From an uncultured Trueperaceae bacterium (lineage in GTDB: Bacteria; Deinococcota; Deinococci; Deinococcales; Trueperaceae): 64,000 nucleotides of DNA. Positions within the stretch are counted from its first letter, which is position 1, and each line of letters begins with the position of its first letter. The notes beneath the pieces were generated by a model, which was not told where the DNA came from, did no database searches, and saw only the letters and a list, made by a program, of their open reading frames with translations. Of this stretch, positions 10,155-20,405 are shown in pieces. The DNA is taken from contig CAWFFU010000011.1 in NCBI GenBank assembly GCA_963815215.1, positions 64,001-128,000 on the forward strand. The letters are read 5' to 3'. Both the position numbers and the translations under genes were made by a program.

Positions 10155-10964
10155 CTATCCGCGCGCCACCCCGATGAAGGCCCAGTGCCGCCCCGTCACG
10201 CCCGCGTCGCGCCGGTGGCTGAAGTAGTCCTCCGGCTGGCAGTGGGTGCAGATGTCGGCGCTCCAGATCCGCTCGGCCGGAACGCCCGCCTGCTGCAACG
10301 ACCAGCGGTTGGCCGTCACCAGGTCGAGCCGGTGTCGCCCGTCGTCGTCCGGCATCGCCACCTGAGGCGGGAAGTCCGCGCTCCGATAGGCGTCCACGAC
10401 CTCGGGCCCGACCTGATAGCAGGCGCCACGGATCCCCGGCCCGATGGCGACGCGAAGGTCGGCCGGGCGGCTGCCGAAGCGTTCCACCATGTGCCGGACG
10501 ACGGTCCCCGCCAACCCGGCCACGGTGCCACGCCAACCGCAATGCGCCGCGGCCACCGCGCCCCGCACCGGGTCATGGAACAGTAGCGGGAAGCAGTCGG
10601 CGACGCTCACCACCAGCAGGCGACCCGGCACGTCGGTGGCGGCCGCGTCAGCGCTCTCCGCGAACCAGGTCGCGTCACCGCTCAGCACGCGGTCGCCGTG
10701 CACCTGGTCGAAGGCGCAGACGTCCGACCGTGCGAAGCCGAGCGCGGCCAGCAGGCGGTCCCGGTTGGCCTCCACCGCCTCGCGAGCGTCGCCCGAGCTC
10801 AGGCCCAGGTTCAGCGACCGGTACGGCCCGTCGCTCACACCTCCGCCGCGCAGCGTGAAGCCGTGAGGCCAGGGCAGGTCGGGCGCCGTGAGGACGACGA
10901 CAGGGGTGCCGGCTGGGTCGCCGGCTCGGTCGCTGCGGGTCGACGTCAGCTCGCGCAGAGGCAT
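10155..10964 (-). CDS. pgeF: PgeF/YfiH family (purine nucleoside phosphorylase / laccase-domain protein)
   Basis: HGFTLRGGGVS, QVHG, ADCFPLL, AAHCGWRG, CTHC..YFSHRR. Confidence 0.9.
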   Translation of the reverse strand: MPLRELTSTRSDRAGDPAGTPVVVLTAPDLPWPHGFTLRGGGVSDGPYRSLNLGLSSGDAREAVEANRDRLLAALGFARSDVCAFDQVHGDRVLSGDATWFAESADAAATDVPGRLLVVSVADCFPLLFHDPVRGAVAAAHCGWRGTVAGLAGTVVRHMVERFGSRPADLRVAIGPGIRGACYQVGPEVVDAYRSADFPPQVAMPDDDGRHRLDLVTANRWSLQQAGVPAERIWSADICTHCQPEDYFSHRRDAGVTGRHWAFIGVARG

Positions 10965-11007
10965 GCGTCGATGCTAGCGCGAAGCGCGGGCCCCATGCGC
11001 CGCCGGC

Positions 11008-12063
11008 TCAGTAGTTGCGGGCCCGCAATCGGAGCGTGGTCGCCGCCGCGAGCCATTCCGAGACGGCGTGGACGGCCCCGCGCACGGTGGGCGTGATGAC
11101 GGGATCGCCGAACGGTTCGAGCCGCACGATCACCTCATGCTCCGCACGTTGCTGCACCAGCACCAGCAGGTGCTGGCGGATGTCGGGCTCGTCCACGCTC
11201 GCGCGCACCCACCAGCGCGGCCGGATCACCTCGTCGTCGCTGGGGGCGGCGATCGCCGCCGCCTCGGCCGGCGTGTGCGCGTGCTCGGAGGCGTCACTGC
11301 CGAGCGGACCGAAGCTGCGCGCGACCTCATGCAGGATCACGTGCCCCGCACCGTAGGGGAGAACGACCTTGGCGAAGGGCGCCGCCGTCGGCAGCGTCCC
11401 CGTGAACAACGCGTGGGGCATGGCAGTGGGCCTTTCGAAGTGCGGGAAGGCCTGCGTCGGCGAGCCGTTGTAGCGGAACTCGACGTAGTGCAGGGCCTTG
11501 CCCTGGGCCTTCCACTTGAGGGCGTACTTGGTCTCGAACACCGCTTCCGGCGGCGTAGTCGGGCGGGCCTCGAAGCTCCCGGACACCTCGGCCTCGGCCA
11601 GCGCGAAGGCAAGGTAGTCGGGGTGATCGGTCGCTAGGCGCACGGCCCCGCCATGACGCAGCCGGCTGGCGGCCAGATCGAAGAAGGAGTGCTGCAACAG
11701 GCGCCGGTCGACGTGTCGCTCCTTCGGCCAGGGGTCCGGAAAGTTCACCACGATACCCGCCAGCGCGTGCTCGGCGAAAAGGTGGCGCAGCGCGAACTGC
11801 GCCCCGGCCTTGGCCATGCGCACGTTACCGACGCCTTCGCGGCGTACCCGCCTGAGCGCACGTTGCACGCTGGCGCTGGAGATCTCGAGCCCGACGAAGT
11901 CGGCATCCGGCTCGTCCACGGCGCGCCGGACGGTGTAGCGCCCGTCGCCGAAGCCGATCTCCAGGTGGAGATCGGCCGATCGACCGAACTCGGCCGACCA
12001 GTCGACCGGGAACGGGCGCGTGCGCCAGGGCAGCAACGGGCTGAGCGAAGCTCGCTCGTCCAT
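11008..12063 (-). CDS. trmB: tRNA (guanine-N7)-methyltransferase with C-terminal extension
   Basis: LEIGFGDG, NFPDPWPKERH, LATDHPDY, ETKYALKW. Confidence 0.9.
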   Translation of the reverse strand: MDERASLSPLLPWRTRPFPVDWSAEFGRSADLHLEIGFGDGRYTVRRAVDEPDADFVGLEISSASVQRALRRVRREGVGNVRMAKAGAQFALRHLFAEHALAGIVVNFPDPWPKERHVDRRLLQHSFFDLAASRLRHGGAVRLATDHPDYLAFALAEAEVSGSFEARPTTPPEAVFETKYALKWKAQGKALHYVEFRYNGSPTQAFPHFERPTAMPHALFTGTLPTAAPFAKVVLPYGAGHVILHEVARSFGPLGSDASEHAHTPAEAAAIAAPSDDEVIRPRWWVRASVDEPDIRQHLLVLVQQRAEHEVIVRLEPFGDPVITPTVRGAVHAVSEWLAAATTLRLRARNY

Positions 12064-12085
12064 GGGAACGCTCCTCGAAAGGGTC

Positions 12086-12898
12086 TCAGTCGCGCTTGAC
12101 CACGGGCCGCACCAGCAGGGCCTCGTTGGCGGCCAGATCGGACCGGAAGAGGGTATCTCGGGAGAACAGGATGTAGGGCCCGGCCCCGTCGACGGCACTC
12201 GCCCGGAACACCAGCACCTTGCCGTCGGCGCGCCTGCAGGCGACGCGCTCGGCGGGGCCGCCGCTGGCGCGCTCCCAGGTGTTGAGGATGCCCGGATCGA
12301 GCCCCGCAACCCCAGCGGCCAGCTCGCGATCGGTGAGACGCGCCACCAGGCGCGCGGTGCGGGGCCGCCGCCCGCGCATCTTCAGCACTCCGAGGCGAGA
12401 CAGCCGCTCGACGATGGCGAGCGTGTCATCGGGATCGAGGCCCGCATCGAGCGCGATGCGGGTGACGTTGCGTTGAGCATTGACGTGGGCGAGAACCGCG
12501 CGCTCGTCCTCGTTCAGGGTGAGTTCCTCGGCACGCTCGAAGTTGGTGTCGAGCACGGGTACAGCGTCGCGTGCCACGGTAGGGCCACCCTCGCGACGCG
12601 CTTCGTCGAGACGCCGGATCGCTTCCAGCACCAGATTCTCGGTGCCACTGTGGATCGTGGACTCGGGCGCGGGGATCCCCATGCGGAACTCGAAGCTCCC
12701 CCGCTCGTCGGCGAAGAGCGCGTAGACCGCGTTCTCCCCCGTGAGCTCGCCGAACTCCGCGTGCACGACCTGCCCCTTGTCGAAGTACACCCGCGCCAGA
12801 CCGGCCGGGTGATCGATCCCCAGCCGTCCCGAGCGCTGCGAGCCCGACAGCAGCTGGAACAGGTCCACCAGCGAGAAGAGGCCCAAGGTCCCGGTCAC
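12086..12898 (-). CDS. DUF4388 (PatA-N-like) domain protein
   Basis: MTGTLGLFSLVDLFQLL...RVYFDKGQVVHAE...GSFEF...ENLVLEAIRRLDE. Confidence 0.8.
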   Translation of the reverse strand: MTGTLGLFSLVDLFQLLSGSQRSGRLGIDHPAGLARVYFDKGQVVHAEFGELTGENAVYALFADERGSFEFRMGIPAPESTIHSGTENLVLEAIRRLDEARREGGPTVARDAVPVLDTNFERAEELTLNEDERAVLAHVNAQRNVTRIALDAGLDPDDTLAIVERLSRLGVLKMRGRRPRTARLVARLTDRELAAGVAGLDPGILNTWERASGGPAERVACRRADGKVLVFRASAVDGAGPYILFSRDTLFRSDLAANEALLVRPVVKRD

Positions 12899-12907
12899 GG
12901 CCGCATT

Positions 12908-13948
12908 CTACCTTCGAGCCGGGCGAACGGGACCGTGACCTGCCGTGTGATCGGGCAACTCCACCGAGGCGCGCACGATCGCCTCGCGCTCGGCGTCGGG
13001 CGCCAACGCGACCACGCCTTCACGCCCCTCGGCCCAGGGGCGGCGCACCAGCGTCGCGTTGGCGAGCACGCTCGAGCGCCCGCGGGGCGCGAACCCGAAC
13101 GCCTCCCCCACCAGCATCGGGTTGAGGCCGTAGCGGAGGTTGACGCGCCCCTGGAGCAGCGCGCGCAGCCCGCGCCCCAGCCATGCCTCGCCCTCGCTGA
13201 CACTCGGATCCGGCGGCCACGGACGGGTCCACGCGGCGTCGTTGGCGCTGGGCTGGACCAGCACCTCCGCCCCCTGAGCGTCGAGCGCGGCCACCACCCC
13301 CTCGTGCCAGCCGTCGAGACACACCGCCACCCCGACCCTGCCGCACGGCGCACGCATCACCGGCAGGTCGCTCATCGCGCCACCGACGAGCCCCACGTGC
13401 GACTCGAGTCCTGGGGTCAGGAACACCTTGCGGCTGCGCCCGAGCAGGGCACCCCCCGGCGCGAAGGTATAGGCCACGTTGTGGACGCGGCGGCCCGTCA
13501 CGTGGCTGCCGCGCGATGCTTCGACCTCGATGTCGGGCAGGAAGGCCGTGCCTGCCACGACGGTGGCGCCCGTCGACCTCGCCACCGCACGGAAGGCGCT
13601 CACGTAGGCCTCGTGCACGTCGAGCGCGCGTGCCAGATGAACGGCGGCCGGTCCGGGTGCCCGGTGGCGCCAGGCCGCTGCCAGCACCTCCGCCCAGCGA
13701 CCCCGCAACGACCGCCGGGCCGCCTCGGCCAGGGTGCCGCTGCCGGCCACGTCGCGCGCGCGGCCCAGCGTGAACAGCAGCGGCATCGCGATCGCCTCGG
13801 GGAAGGCCAGGAGCACCGCACCCCCGTCATCCGGCACGCCGGCCACTGCCTCTCGAGCGAGGCGCATCGTCCACGCCGCGAATCGCTCGGCACTGCCGTA
13901 GGGATCCTCGGAGAGAGCCGCCTGGACGGCTACGAGGTGGACGCGCAC
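12908..13948 (-). CDS. Carbon-nitrogen hydrolase (nitrilase superfamily)
   Basis: AFPE, RSRKVFLT and VAVCLDG supply the Glu/Lys/Cys triad; GTG 13948 follows a TAGACT -10. Confidence 0.85.
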   Translation of the reverse strand: MRVHLVAVQAALSEDPYGSAERFAAWTMRLAREAVAGVPDDGGAVLLAFPEAIAMPLLFTLGRARDVAGSGTLAEAARRSLRGRWAEVLAAAWRHRAPGPAAVHLARALDVHEAYVSAFRAVARSTGATVVAGTAFLPDIEVEASRGSHVTGRRVHNVAYTFAPGGALLGRSRKVFLTPGLESHVGLVGGAMSDLPVMRAPCGRVGVAVCLDGWHEGVVAALDAQGAEVLVQPSANDAAWTRPWPPDPSVSEGEAWLGRGLRALLQGRVNLRYGLNPMLVGEAFGFAPRGRSSVLANATLVRRPWAEGREGVVALAPDAEREAIVRASVELPDHTAGHGPVRPARR

Positions 13949-14041
13949 GCTCCAGTCTAGCCGTCCGCGGCGCACCACAGAAGCAACGACCTGGACGCGT
14001 CCCAACGCGGCGTCGCGGCGCCCCGAAGGTATACTGCGCTG

Positions 14042-15106
14042 GTGCCCGCCCGTTTGGCGCGTTACCTGCTTCGCGAGACCGCGGGGCTCTATTTCCTCGG
14101 TGTCGCGGCCTTCTGCCTGCTGCTGTCCATCGACCTGCTGAGCGTGCTCGCACGCTTCCTGATCCAGCAGGACGCCACCCTTGGACAGGTCGGGCTTCTG
14201 CTGCTGTACAAGCTGCCCTACTTCTTCCATCTCAGCTTCCCCATCGCCGTGGTGTTCGCGGTGCTGCTCGCTACCGGCAGGCTCGCCAAGGACTCGGAGC
14301 TCAAGGCCGCCTACTCGCTCGGCGCCCGACCGGCCGACCTGCTCGTCCCGCTGGCCGCGCTCGGACTGCTGGTGGGAGCGGTGAGCCTGGTGAACAACGG
14401 CTTCCTCGAAGCGCGAGCCGAGACCGCCTACCAGCACATGATCGACCGCTTCATCTACGTTCGCCCCCCCGCACAGGTGCAGACGGACGCTTCGTTCCGC
14501 ATCGCCGGCGAGGGGGTCTTCTACGCAGCGCGCATCCGCGGGAACCTCACGGATCTCGCGGAGGCCGACCTGCAGGGCGTCCTGGTGCTGCTCGACGACG
14601 GCACCGTGCTGACGGCGACCCACGGCAGGTGGTCGAGCAGCGCCAAGACCTGGACGCTCCTCGACGCGCAGCGCAGCACGCCCGGGCAGGCGCCCGCGAA
14701 CGCCGGCACCGTCACCGTTCCGTTCCTCTTGGAGGCGACTCCCAACCAGACCCTGGCGCGCAGCGTGACCCTTCCTCTCGACGAGCTGTGGGCGCAGATC
14801 GGCCGCCTGCGCCTGGCGGGGGGCGATGCCGGGCCTCTGCTGTTCCAGTTCCACCGACGCGTCGCCGACGCCTTCACCGCCGTGGTGTTCGCCATCATCG
14901 CCGGGGCGCTCGGCCTGCGCGTCCGCGGGCGCGCCTCTGGCTTCGCCTGGACGATCATCCTGCTGGTGCTGTTCTGGGCGATGTGGTTCTTCGCGCGCAG
15001 CCTGTACCAGGCGGGCGCGTTGGGCCCGGTGGAAGCGGCCTGGATGACCCCGCTGGTCGCCGGCGTTGGGGCCGTGCTGTTGGCCATCTGGAGCCTGCGA
15101 ACATGA
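14042..15106 (+). CDS. LptF/LptG (YjgP/YjgQ) family permease
   Basis: RLARYLLRE, GRLAKDSELKAAYSLG, three TM + periplasmic domain + three TM layout. Confidence 0.88.
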   Translation: MPARLARYLLRETAGLYFLGVAAFCLLLSIDLLSVLARFLIQQDATLGQVGLLLLYKLPYFFHLSFPIAVVFAVLLATGRLAKDSELKAAYSLGARPADLLVPLAALGLLVGAVSLVNNGFLEARAETAYQHMIDRFIYVRPPAQVQTDASFRIAGEGVFYAARIRGNLTDLAEADLQGVLVLLDDGTVLTATHGRWSSSAKTWTLLDAQRSTPGQAPANAGTVTVPFLLEATPNQTLARSVTLPLDELWAQIGRLRLAGGDAGPLLFQFHRRVADAFTAVVFAIIAGALGLRVRGRASGFAWTIILLVLFWAMWFFARSLYQAGALGPVEAAWMTPLVAGVGAVLLAIWSLRT

Positions 15107-16173
15107 ACCGCTTCAGCCGCTACCTGTTCCGCGAGATCCTGCCCCTGTACGGCGCCGGCCTGGCGGTGCTGTTGGTCCTGCTGCTCATGAGCTTCCTGCT
15201 CGGCGTGCTGGCCGACGCCCTGGCGCGAGGCGTGCCCGCCCCCCTGGTGGCCCGATTCCTGCTGTTCAAGCTACCCGCGGCTGCGGGCCCGGGGCTGCCG
15301 CTGGCGCTGCTGTTCGCGGCCCTGCTGGGGCTGACCCGTCTCGCCCAGGACGGCGAGATCAAGGCGGCCATGCTGCTGGGGTTGAGCCCACGCCGCTTCC
15401 TGATGCCGATGCTCGGCCTGGGACTGCTGGTGAGCCTCCTCGCCTTCGCCAACGACGAGCTGGTCGTGCCGTGGAGCGAACAACACGCTCTCGAGGTCCA
15501 GAAGGACATCCTGCTGCGAAGCCCCGAGACCGTCATCAAGGCCGGCTCGTTCTTCACGGACGCGCTCGGCCGCAGCATCTACATCGGGTCGGTGGCGCCC
15601 GGCGGGCACCTCCGCAACGTGACGGTGATCAGCCCGGGAGGTACGCAGGGCCCTCGCGACGTCATCCAGGCCGCAAGCGGCGATCTCGACCAGGCCGCCG
15701 GTGTCTGGCGCCTGCAGGACCTGCGCTTCCGCGTGTTCCGGGCCGGCCGGCTGGTCCTCGACTTCCACGCCGCCAGCGGCGACCTGCCGGTCCGCGGCCT
15801 GGCCGCCGGCGTCACCGGCACTCCCGATCTGGTGTACCTGCCGCTGGGCGAGTTGATCCAGCGCCTCCGGAGCGATCCGGGCCGACCCAAGCCCGCGGAG
15901 TGGACCGCGCTGTACCGCAAGCTCGCTGAGCCGCTCGCCGCCACGGCCTTCGCCCTCTTCGCCCTGTCCGTCGCGCTCTTCACCTTCCGGCGCGGGGTGC
16001 CGCTCGGGCTGGTCTCGGTGCTGTTCCTGACGTTCATCTATTACGCAACCGGCAGCGTCTCGAAACTCCTCGGGGCGCAGGGCACCATCCCCGCCTACGT
16101 TGCGGGATGGGCGCCGGTGGCCCTCTACGTCGTCGCCGGCGGGATCCTCCTAGCGCTCTCCTGGAGGCGCTGA
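15103..16173 (+). CDS. LptF/LptG (YjgP/YjgQ) family permease
   Basis: MNRFSRYLFRE, TRLAQDGEIKAAMLLGLSP, AYVAGWAP; ATGA overlap. Confidence 0.88.
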   Translation: MNRFSRYLFREILPLYGAGLAVLLVLLLMSFLLGVLADALARGVPAPLVARFLLFKLPAAAGPGLPLALLFAALLGLTRLAQDGEIKAAMLLGLSPRRFLMPMLGLGLLVSLLAFANDELVVPWSEQHALEVQKDILLRSPETVIKAGSFFTDALGRSIYIGSVAPGGHLRNVTVISPGGTQGPRDVIQAASGDLDQAAGVWRLQDLRFRVFRAGRLVLDFHAASGDLPVRGLAAGVTGTPDLVYLPLGELIQRLRSDPGRPKPAEWTALYRKLAEPLAATAFALFALSVALFTFRRGVPLGLVSVLFLTFIYYATGSVSKLLGAQGTIPAYVAGWAPVALYVVAGGILLALSWRR

Positions 16174-19104
16174 ATGCGGCGCGCCCTGCTTCTCGGCGCC
16201 CTCACCCTGGTGCTCCTGGTCGGCGGAAGCGCCCAGGCCGTGCGCATCACCATCGACACCGGCGGCGACCCCACCAGCCGCCTGGAGATCCGAACCCTCA
16301 CGCTCCCCGACGGCACCGAGGCGCAGCTCTACGTCCTGGAGGGACACCAGGTCCACGTCACCATCGGAGACAGCGAGCTGGTGGCCGACCACGTCGAGTT
16401 CGACCTGACCAACCGCATCGTAAGGGTGGTCGGCTACGGCAGCTACACCGCCAACGGGGAGACGGTCACCGGCAACGACATGGTCATCGATCTCAAGGGG
16501 GAGAGCCTCCAGGCGAAGGACGTCATCATCAGCACCTCGGCACTCGACGTCACGGGCGACAGCGCCAGCCGGGTCCCCGGCCAGATCAGCATCCTCAGCG
16601 GGCACTTCAGTCCCTGTTCGCGCTGCGACCAGACCGTGCAAGACTACGGCTTCGACGCCACACGCATCGAGCTATATCCGGGAGATCGCCTGGTGGCCTA
16701 CGGCGTGACGGTGCTGCTGCGCGGCCGCCCGCTGTTCCATCTGCCACTGCTGGTGGTGCCGTTGGCCCCGCCGAACCGGCAGCCCCTGCTCTCGATCACC
16801 TCCGGTACGGCCACGACACGCGCCGAGATCGCCCTGCGCTGGCCCTACGTGGCCGGACCGAACGCGTTCGGCAACGTCGACCTCCACTACTACGCCGACG
16901 TTCAGACGGGCGCCGGCGGCGGGCTGGAGAAGAGCCTGCTGGGGGGCCAGGTGCAGACGTCCTACCTCGGCGGCGGCTTCGATCACCGGTTCTACACCGA
17001 TCGCGGCAAGGGCGAGTTCAAGGTGGAGTACACCCCGTTCACGCTCGACCGCAACGCCGACGGCAGTGTGCCCAGCGGACAGAAGGGCGAGAGCACGCTC
17101 CAGTTCGACCTGCACTACGCCACCGAGCCCACGCTCGGCCCCCCGGCGGTGTCGTTCAGCCTCAAGCGGGACGACACGGTGCGCAACCGTATCTGGGAGT
17201 ACGCGTGGTCGACCACCGCGCAGAACGCCGGCCTGGAGGGAACGTTCAGCAGTCAGGGTTTCCTAGATGTAGCGCCCGGCGACACCGTGACCACACCCAG
17301 CTACGCCAACAGGACCACGCCGCTGTGGACCGTCGGCCGCCTCGAGGTCAAACCCACCAACCTGAAGGACTACACCTTCGGTCCCTTCCAGGTGCAGAGC
17401 GCCTTGCTCGACCTCGGCGTCTTCCGCGACACCAGCAACCTCAGCAACCGCAGCGCGGCCGCCACCCCGACGTTCACGGCCGCCCGCGCGCTCGACAACT
17501 ACACCCTGGCCATGAACCCGGTCTCCCCCTGGAACGGCATGACGGTGTCGGGCAAGAGCGTGTTCACCGGCAGCTACTACGGCACCGGCGAACGCCTCGT
17601 GAACTGGGACGCCAACCTCACGGCGAAGCAGACCACCGAGGGCGTAGGCTCCCTGTCCCTGACCTTCCAGCGCAACACCGCTCAGGGGGAGACCCCGTTC
17701 GCGTTCGACCAGATCCCGTTGAGCACCCGAACGGGGACGAACGCGACGCTCCTGATCGACCCCCTGGCGTGGGCCAGCCTCGAGGTCAAGAGCGGCTACG
17801 TGTTCGTCGACAGCCGCGATCAGCAGAACGTGGGCGTGCAACCGGTCGACTCCACCCTGCGCCTGTTCGGAAACACCAACTGGGTCAACCTCAGCGTCAG
17901 CAACAGCTACGACGTGAAGAACCAGGATCCCGGCACCATCGACACCAGACTCGACCTGACGTCGCGCGGCGACCTCAAGGCGGCCCTGAGCCTCGAGCAC
18001 GTCCAGGACCTCAAGCCCACCCCCGATCGTCTCAGCGGGATCGTGACCAATGAGACCCACTCCCAGGCGAAGGCCAGCCTTGCCTACGCGGGCGTGGCGG
18101 AGCTCTCGATCAGCGGCGGCTACAGCTACGCGCCGCCTCCTCCTCCGACCGGAGAGCCGCCGCAGGCCTGGGATCCCCTGGACTTCTCGCTCACCCTGGG
18201 GACGCTCCAGCAGGACGACGCCGTCCCGGGCGTCAAGCTCACCTACGAGCGCGACCTGAACGCCGGCAAGGTCACGGCCCTTCGCGTCGATGCCGCGGCG
18301 GCCGTCGGCCCGCTGCAGTTCAGCGCCTCGGAGCAGCTGGGATTCCCAGATGGCACGGTGGCGTCGAGCTCACTGAGGGTCGCGTGGCCGGGGATCGCGG
18401 CGGCCGAGGCCGACGGTCTGGCATGGCTCGAGCCGGGGTGGCTGGGCTTCCCCGGCGATCCCACCTTCAGCCGTGCCATCGCGTTCAGGTTCGAGGATGC
18501 ACCGACGAGCGGATCGCCTGTGTGGCAGGTGCGCTACGACACCATCTTCGATCCCACCCTGAACGGCGGCGCGGGCGGCTACCGCAACACCGACCTGACC
18601 GCCCGCGCCGTCCTCACCGACCGCCAGGTCGGGCCCGCCAACTTCAGCGTCGATCTGTTCTACGACATGCCGCTGCGCGACGATCTGTTGCCCCTGTCCT
18701 ATCTGCGTCGCGCCAGCCTGACCTTCGGGCTCGACCTGTACCAGACGGTCGGTCTGCAAGGTGCGTTGGGCTACAACGGCAGCTACTCGAGCGCCACGCA
18801 GAGCGTGACCAGCCAAGTGCTGACGCTGGGTGACGTGGCTCTCATCGTCCGCCCCCTCAAGGACCTATATGTTGGCGCGGTGGTGAACGACACCTGGGAC
18901 TTCAGCGGCAACGATGCCAGCCATCCGGCCTTCAACCTCCAGCCGACCTTCGTGGCCGCCTGGAACCGCTGCTGCTGGGCGCTCTACAGCTCGTGGAACA
19001 GCGCCACCGGCCAGTTCAAGATCGCGCTCACCACACCGGGCGCGCAGAAGGGTCTGCTTCAGATGTTCGATACCGGCCTCACTCTGCCGGGAGCGAAGCC
19101 GTGA
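16174..19104 (+). CDS. LptD-like outer-membrane protein
   Basis: Signal peptide, OstA-like N-terminus (GHVHV-type strands, GHFSPCSRC), long beta-rich body, C-terminal WNRCCWAL; in an operon with lptF/G. Confidence 0.65.
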   Translation: MRRALLLGALTLVLLVGGSAQAVRITIDTGGDPTSRLEIRTLTLPDGTEAQLYVLEGHQVHVTIGDSELVADHVEFDLTNRIVRVVGYGSYTANGETVTGNDMVIDLKGESLQAKDVIISTSALDVTGDSASRVPGQISILSGHFSPCSRCDQTVQDYGFDATRIELYPGDRLVAYGVTVLLRGRPLFHLPLLVVPLAPPNRQPLLSITSGTATTRAEIALRWPYVAGPNAFGNVDLHYYADVQTGAGGGLEKSLLGGQVQTSYLGGGFDHRFYTDRGKGEFKVEYTPFTLDRNADGSVPSGQKGESTLQFDLHYATEPTLGPPAVSFSLKRDDTVRNRIWEYAWSTTAQNAGLEGTFSSQGFLDVAPGDTVTTPSYANRTTPLWTVGRLEVKPTNLKDYTFGPFQVQSALLDLGVFRDTSNLSNRSAAATPTFTAARALDNYTLAMNPVSPWNGMTVSGKSVFTGSYYGTGERLVNWDANLTAKQTTEGVGSLSLTFQRNTAQGETPFAFDQIPLSTRTGTNATLLIDPLAWASLEVKSGYVFVDSRDQQNVGVQPVDSTLRLFGNTNWVNLSVSNSYDVKNQDPGTIDTRLDLTSRGDLKAALSLEHVQDLKPTPDRLSGIVTNETHSQAKASLAYAGVAELSISGGYSYAPPPPPTGEPPQAWDPLDFSLTLGTLQQDDAVPGVKLTYERDLNAGKVTALRVDAAAAVGPLQFSASEQLGFPDGTVASSSLRVAWPGIAAAEADGLAWLEPGWLGFPGDPTFSRAIAFRFEDAPTSGSPVWQVRYDTIFDPTLNGGAGGYRNTDLTARAVLTDRQVGPANFSVDLFYDMPLRDDLLPLSYLRRASLTFGLDLYQTVGLQGALGYNGSYSSATQSVTSQVLTLGDVALIVRPLKDLYVGAVVNDTWDFSGNDASHPAFNLQPTFVAAWNRCCWALYSSWNSATGQFKIALTTPGAQKGLLQMFDTGLTLPGAKP

Positions 19105-20375
19105 GGCGGCTGCGGGCCCTGGCGCCGCTGCTGCTCCTGCTGCTGGGAGTGGTGGCCGGCTGCACCGGCACCACCGAGAACGTGCCACCGCTGCTGCTGG
19201 CGATCGGGCGCCAGGATCCTGCGAACGCCGCGGCCTACCAGATGGTGCTGGTGGAGGACAACTACACCGCCAACCAGTCCACGCAACGAACGCTGACGGT
19301 GGTGGCGGGCAGCGAGCGACCACTCCCCTACCCGGCGATCGCGTCCGACGTGGTGGGCCGGGCGGGGGCGCGCACGAGCATGGTGGTGCTGACGCGCGAC
19401 CTGGCGCCGGGCACCGACCCCCCGTCCGCGCTGGTGAGCTTCAGCCTTACCGGCATCGATCCCGCTGCGCCCACCGCCTTCCAGGAGCTGCCGACGATCC
19501 CCCTCACCGGAGCCGGAGGCGCGCTGCAGGCCTATGCGCCGCTGTGCCTGACGGGCCTGACCGTGTCGGCGACGGGGCGCTACGTGACGCTACTCAGCGA
19601 CCCCCGGGCCTGCAACGACACCAGCACGAACGTCGCTCAACTCTTCCAGCTCGACACCCAGACGCGCAGCGCGGTACCGGTGGTGCTCGCGAGCGCCGTC
19701 CAGGTGACGCAACCGACGGTCCCCTTCGACGACCAGCAGAGCACCGGCGAGACGCTCTCGTTCCTCGTCTCCGGCACGAACAACGCCCAGGTCTACACCG
19801 ATCCCGTGCCGCACGACGCGAGTCAGGCAGCGATCGCGGGGACGCTGCCAGGGCAGGAGCAACTGGCGCTCGAGGGCAGCGGCGGCGTCCTGACGGCCGC
19901 CACCAACCCCTACCCGTACGCACCCAACTCGTACCTGCAGTCGTACCTGCAGACGGTGACTCCGGGACTGCTGACCCCGGCGGGGACACAGGTCGACACG
20001 GTCTTCGGCGCGACCGCCCTGGCCATCGACCCCACGGGAGCCACATCGCAGGTGGTGGTAGCGGGCTACAGCTCCGGCGGGGCCGGCGAGATCGCCGTGC
20101 ACCCCGACCCGGGCACCAAGGCCACGGCCATCACGCCCTACGTCTACGGCCTCACCGGCGTGGCGGCCGCCATCGATCCGGTGAACCGCTTCGCCTACGT
20201 CGTCGACAACGAGCGCATCGTGGTGCTCGACCTGCTCACCGTAGCGAGCCAACAGGGAATCTGGTACCAGTCGTACCCCTTCTCGACGGGGGGCGACCTA
20301 CCGCTGCCGGCCGATGCTTACGGACGCTACGTCACGACCGTGCAATGGGCGCGCGCCAAGTCGACGACGCCGTGA
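19101..20375 (+). CDS. Lipoprotein of unknown function (beta-propeller-like)
   Basis: Lipobox MRRLRALAPLLLLLLGVVAG|C; GTGA overlap with the upstream gene; beta-rich repeats (LAIDPTG, AAAIDPVNRFAYV). Confidence 0.7.
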   Translation: MRRLRALAPLLLLLLGVVAGCTGTTENVPPLLLAIGRQDPANAAAYQMVLVEDNYTANQSTQRTLTVVAGSERPLPYPAIASDVVGRAGARTSMVVLTRDLAPGTDPPSALVSFSLTGIDPAAPTAFQELPTIPLTGAGGALQAYAPLCLTGLTVSATGRYVTLLSDPRACNDTSTNVAQLFQLDTQTRSAVPVVLASAVQVTQPTVPFDDQQSTGETLSFLVSGTNNAQVYTDPVPHDASQAAIAGTLPGQEQLALEGSGGVLTAATNPYPYAPNSYLQSYLQTVTPGLLTPAGTQVDTVFGATALAIDPTGATSQVVVAGYSSGGAGEIAVHPDPGTKATAITPYVYGLTGVAAAIDPVNRFAYVVDNERIVVLDLLTVASQQGIWYQSYPFSTGGDLPLPADAYGRYVTTVQWARAKSTTP

Positions 20376-20405
20376 AGCCTGCTACCGCCCCGGCCGGCGC
20401 GGGCC

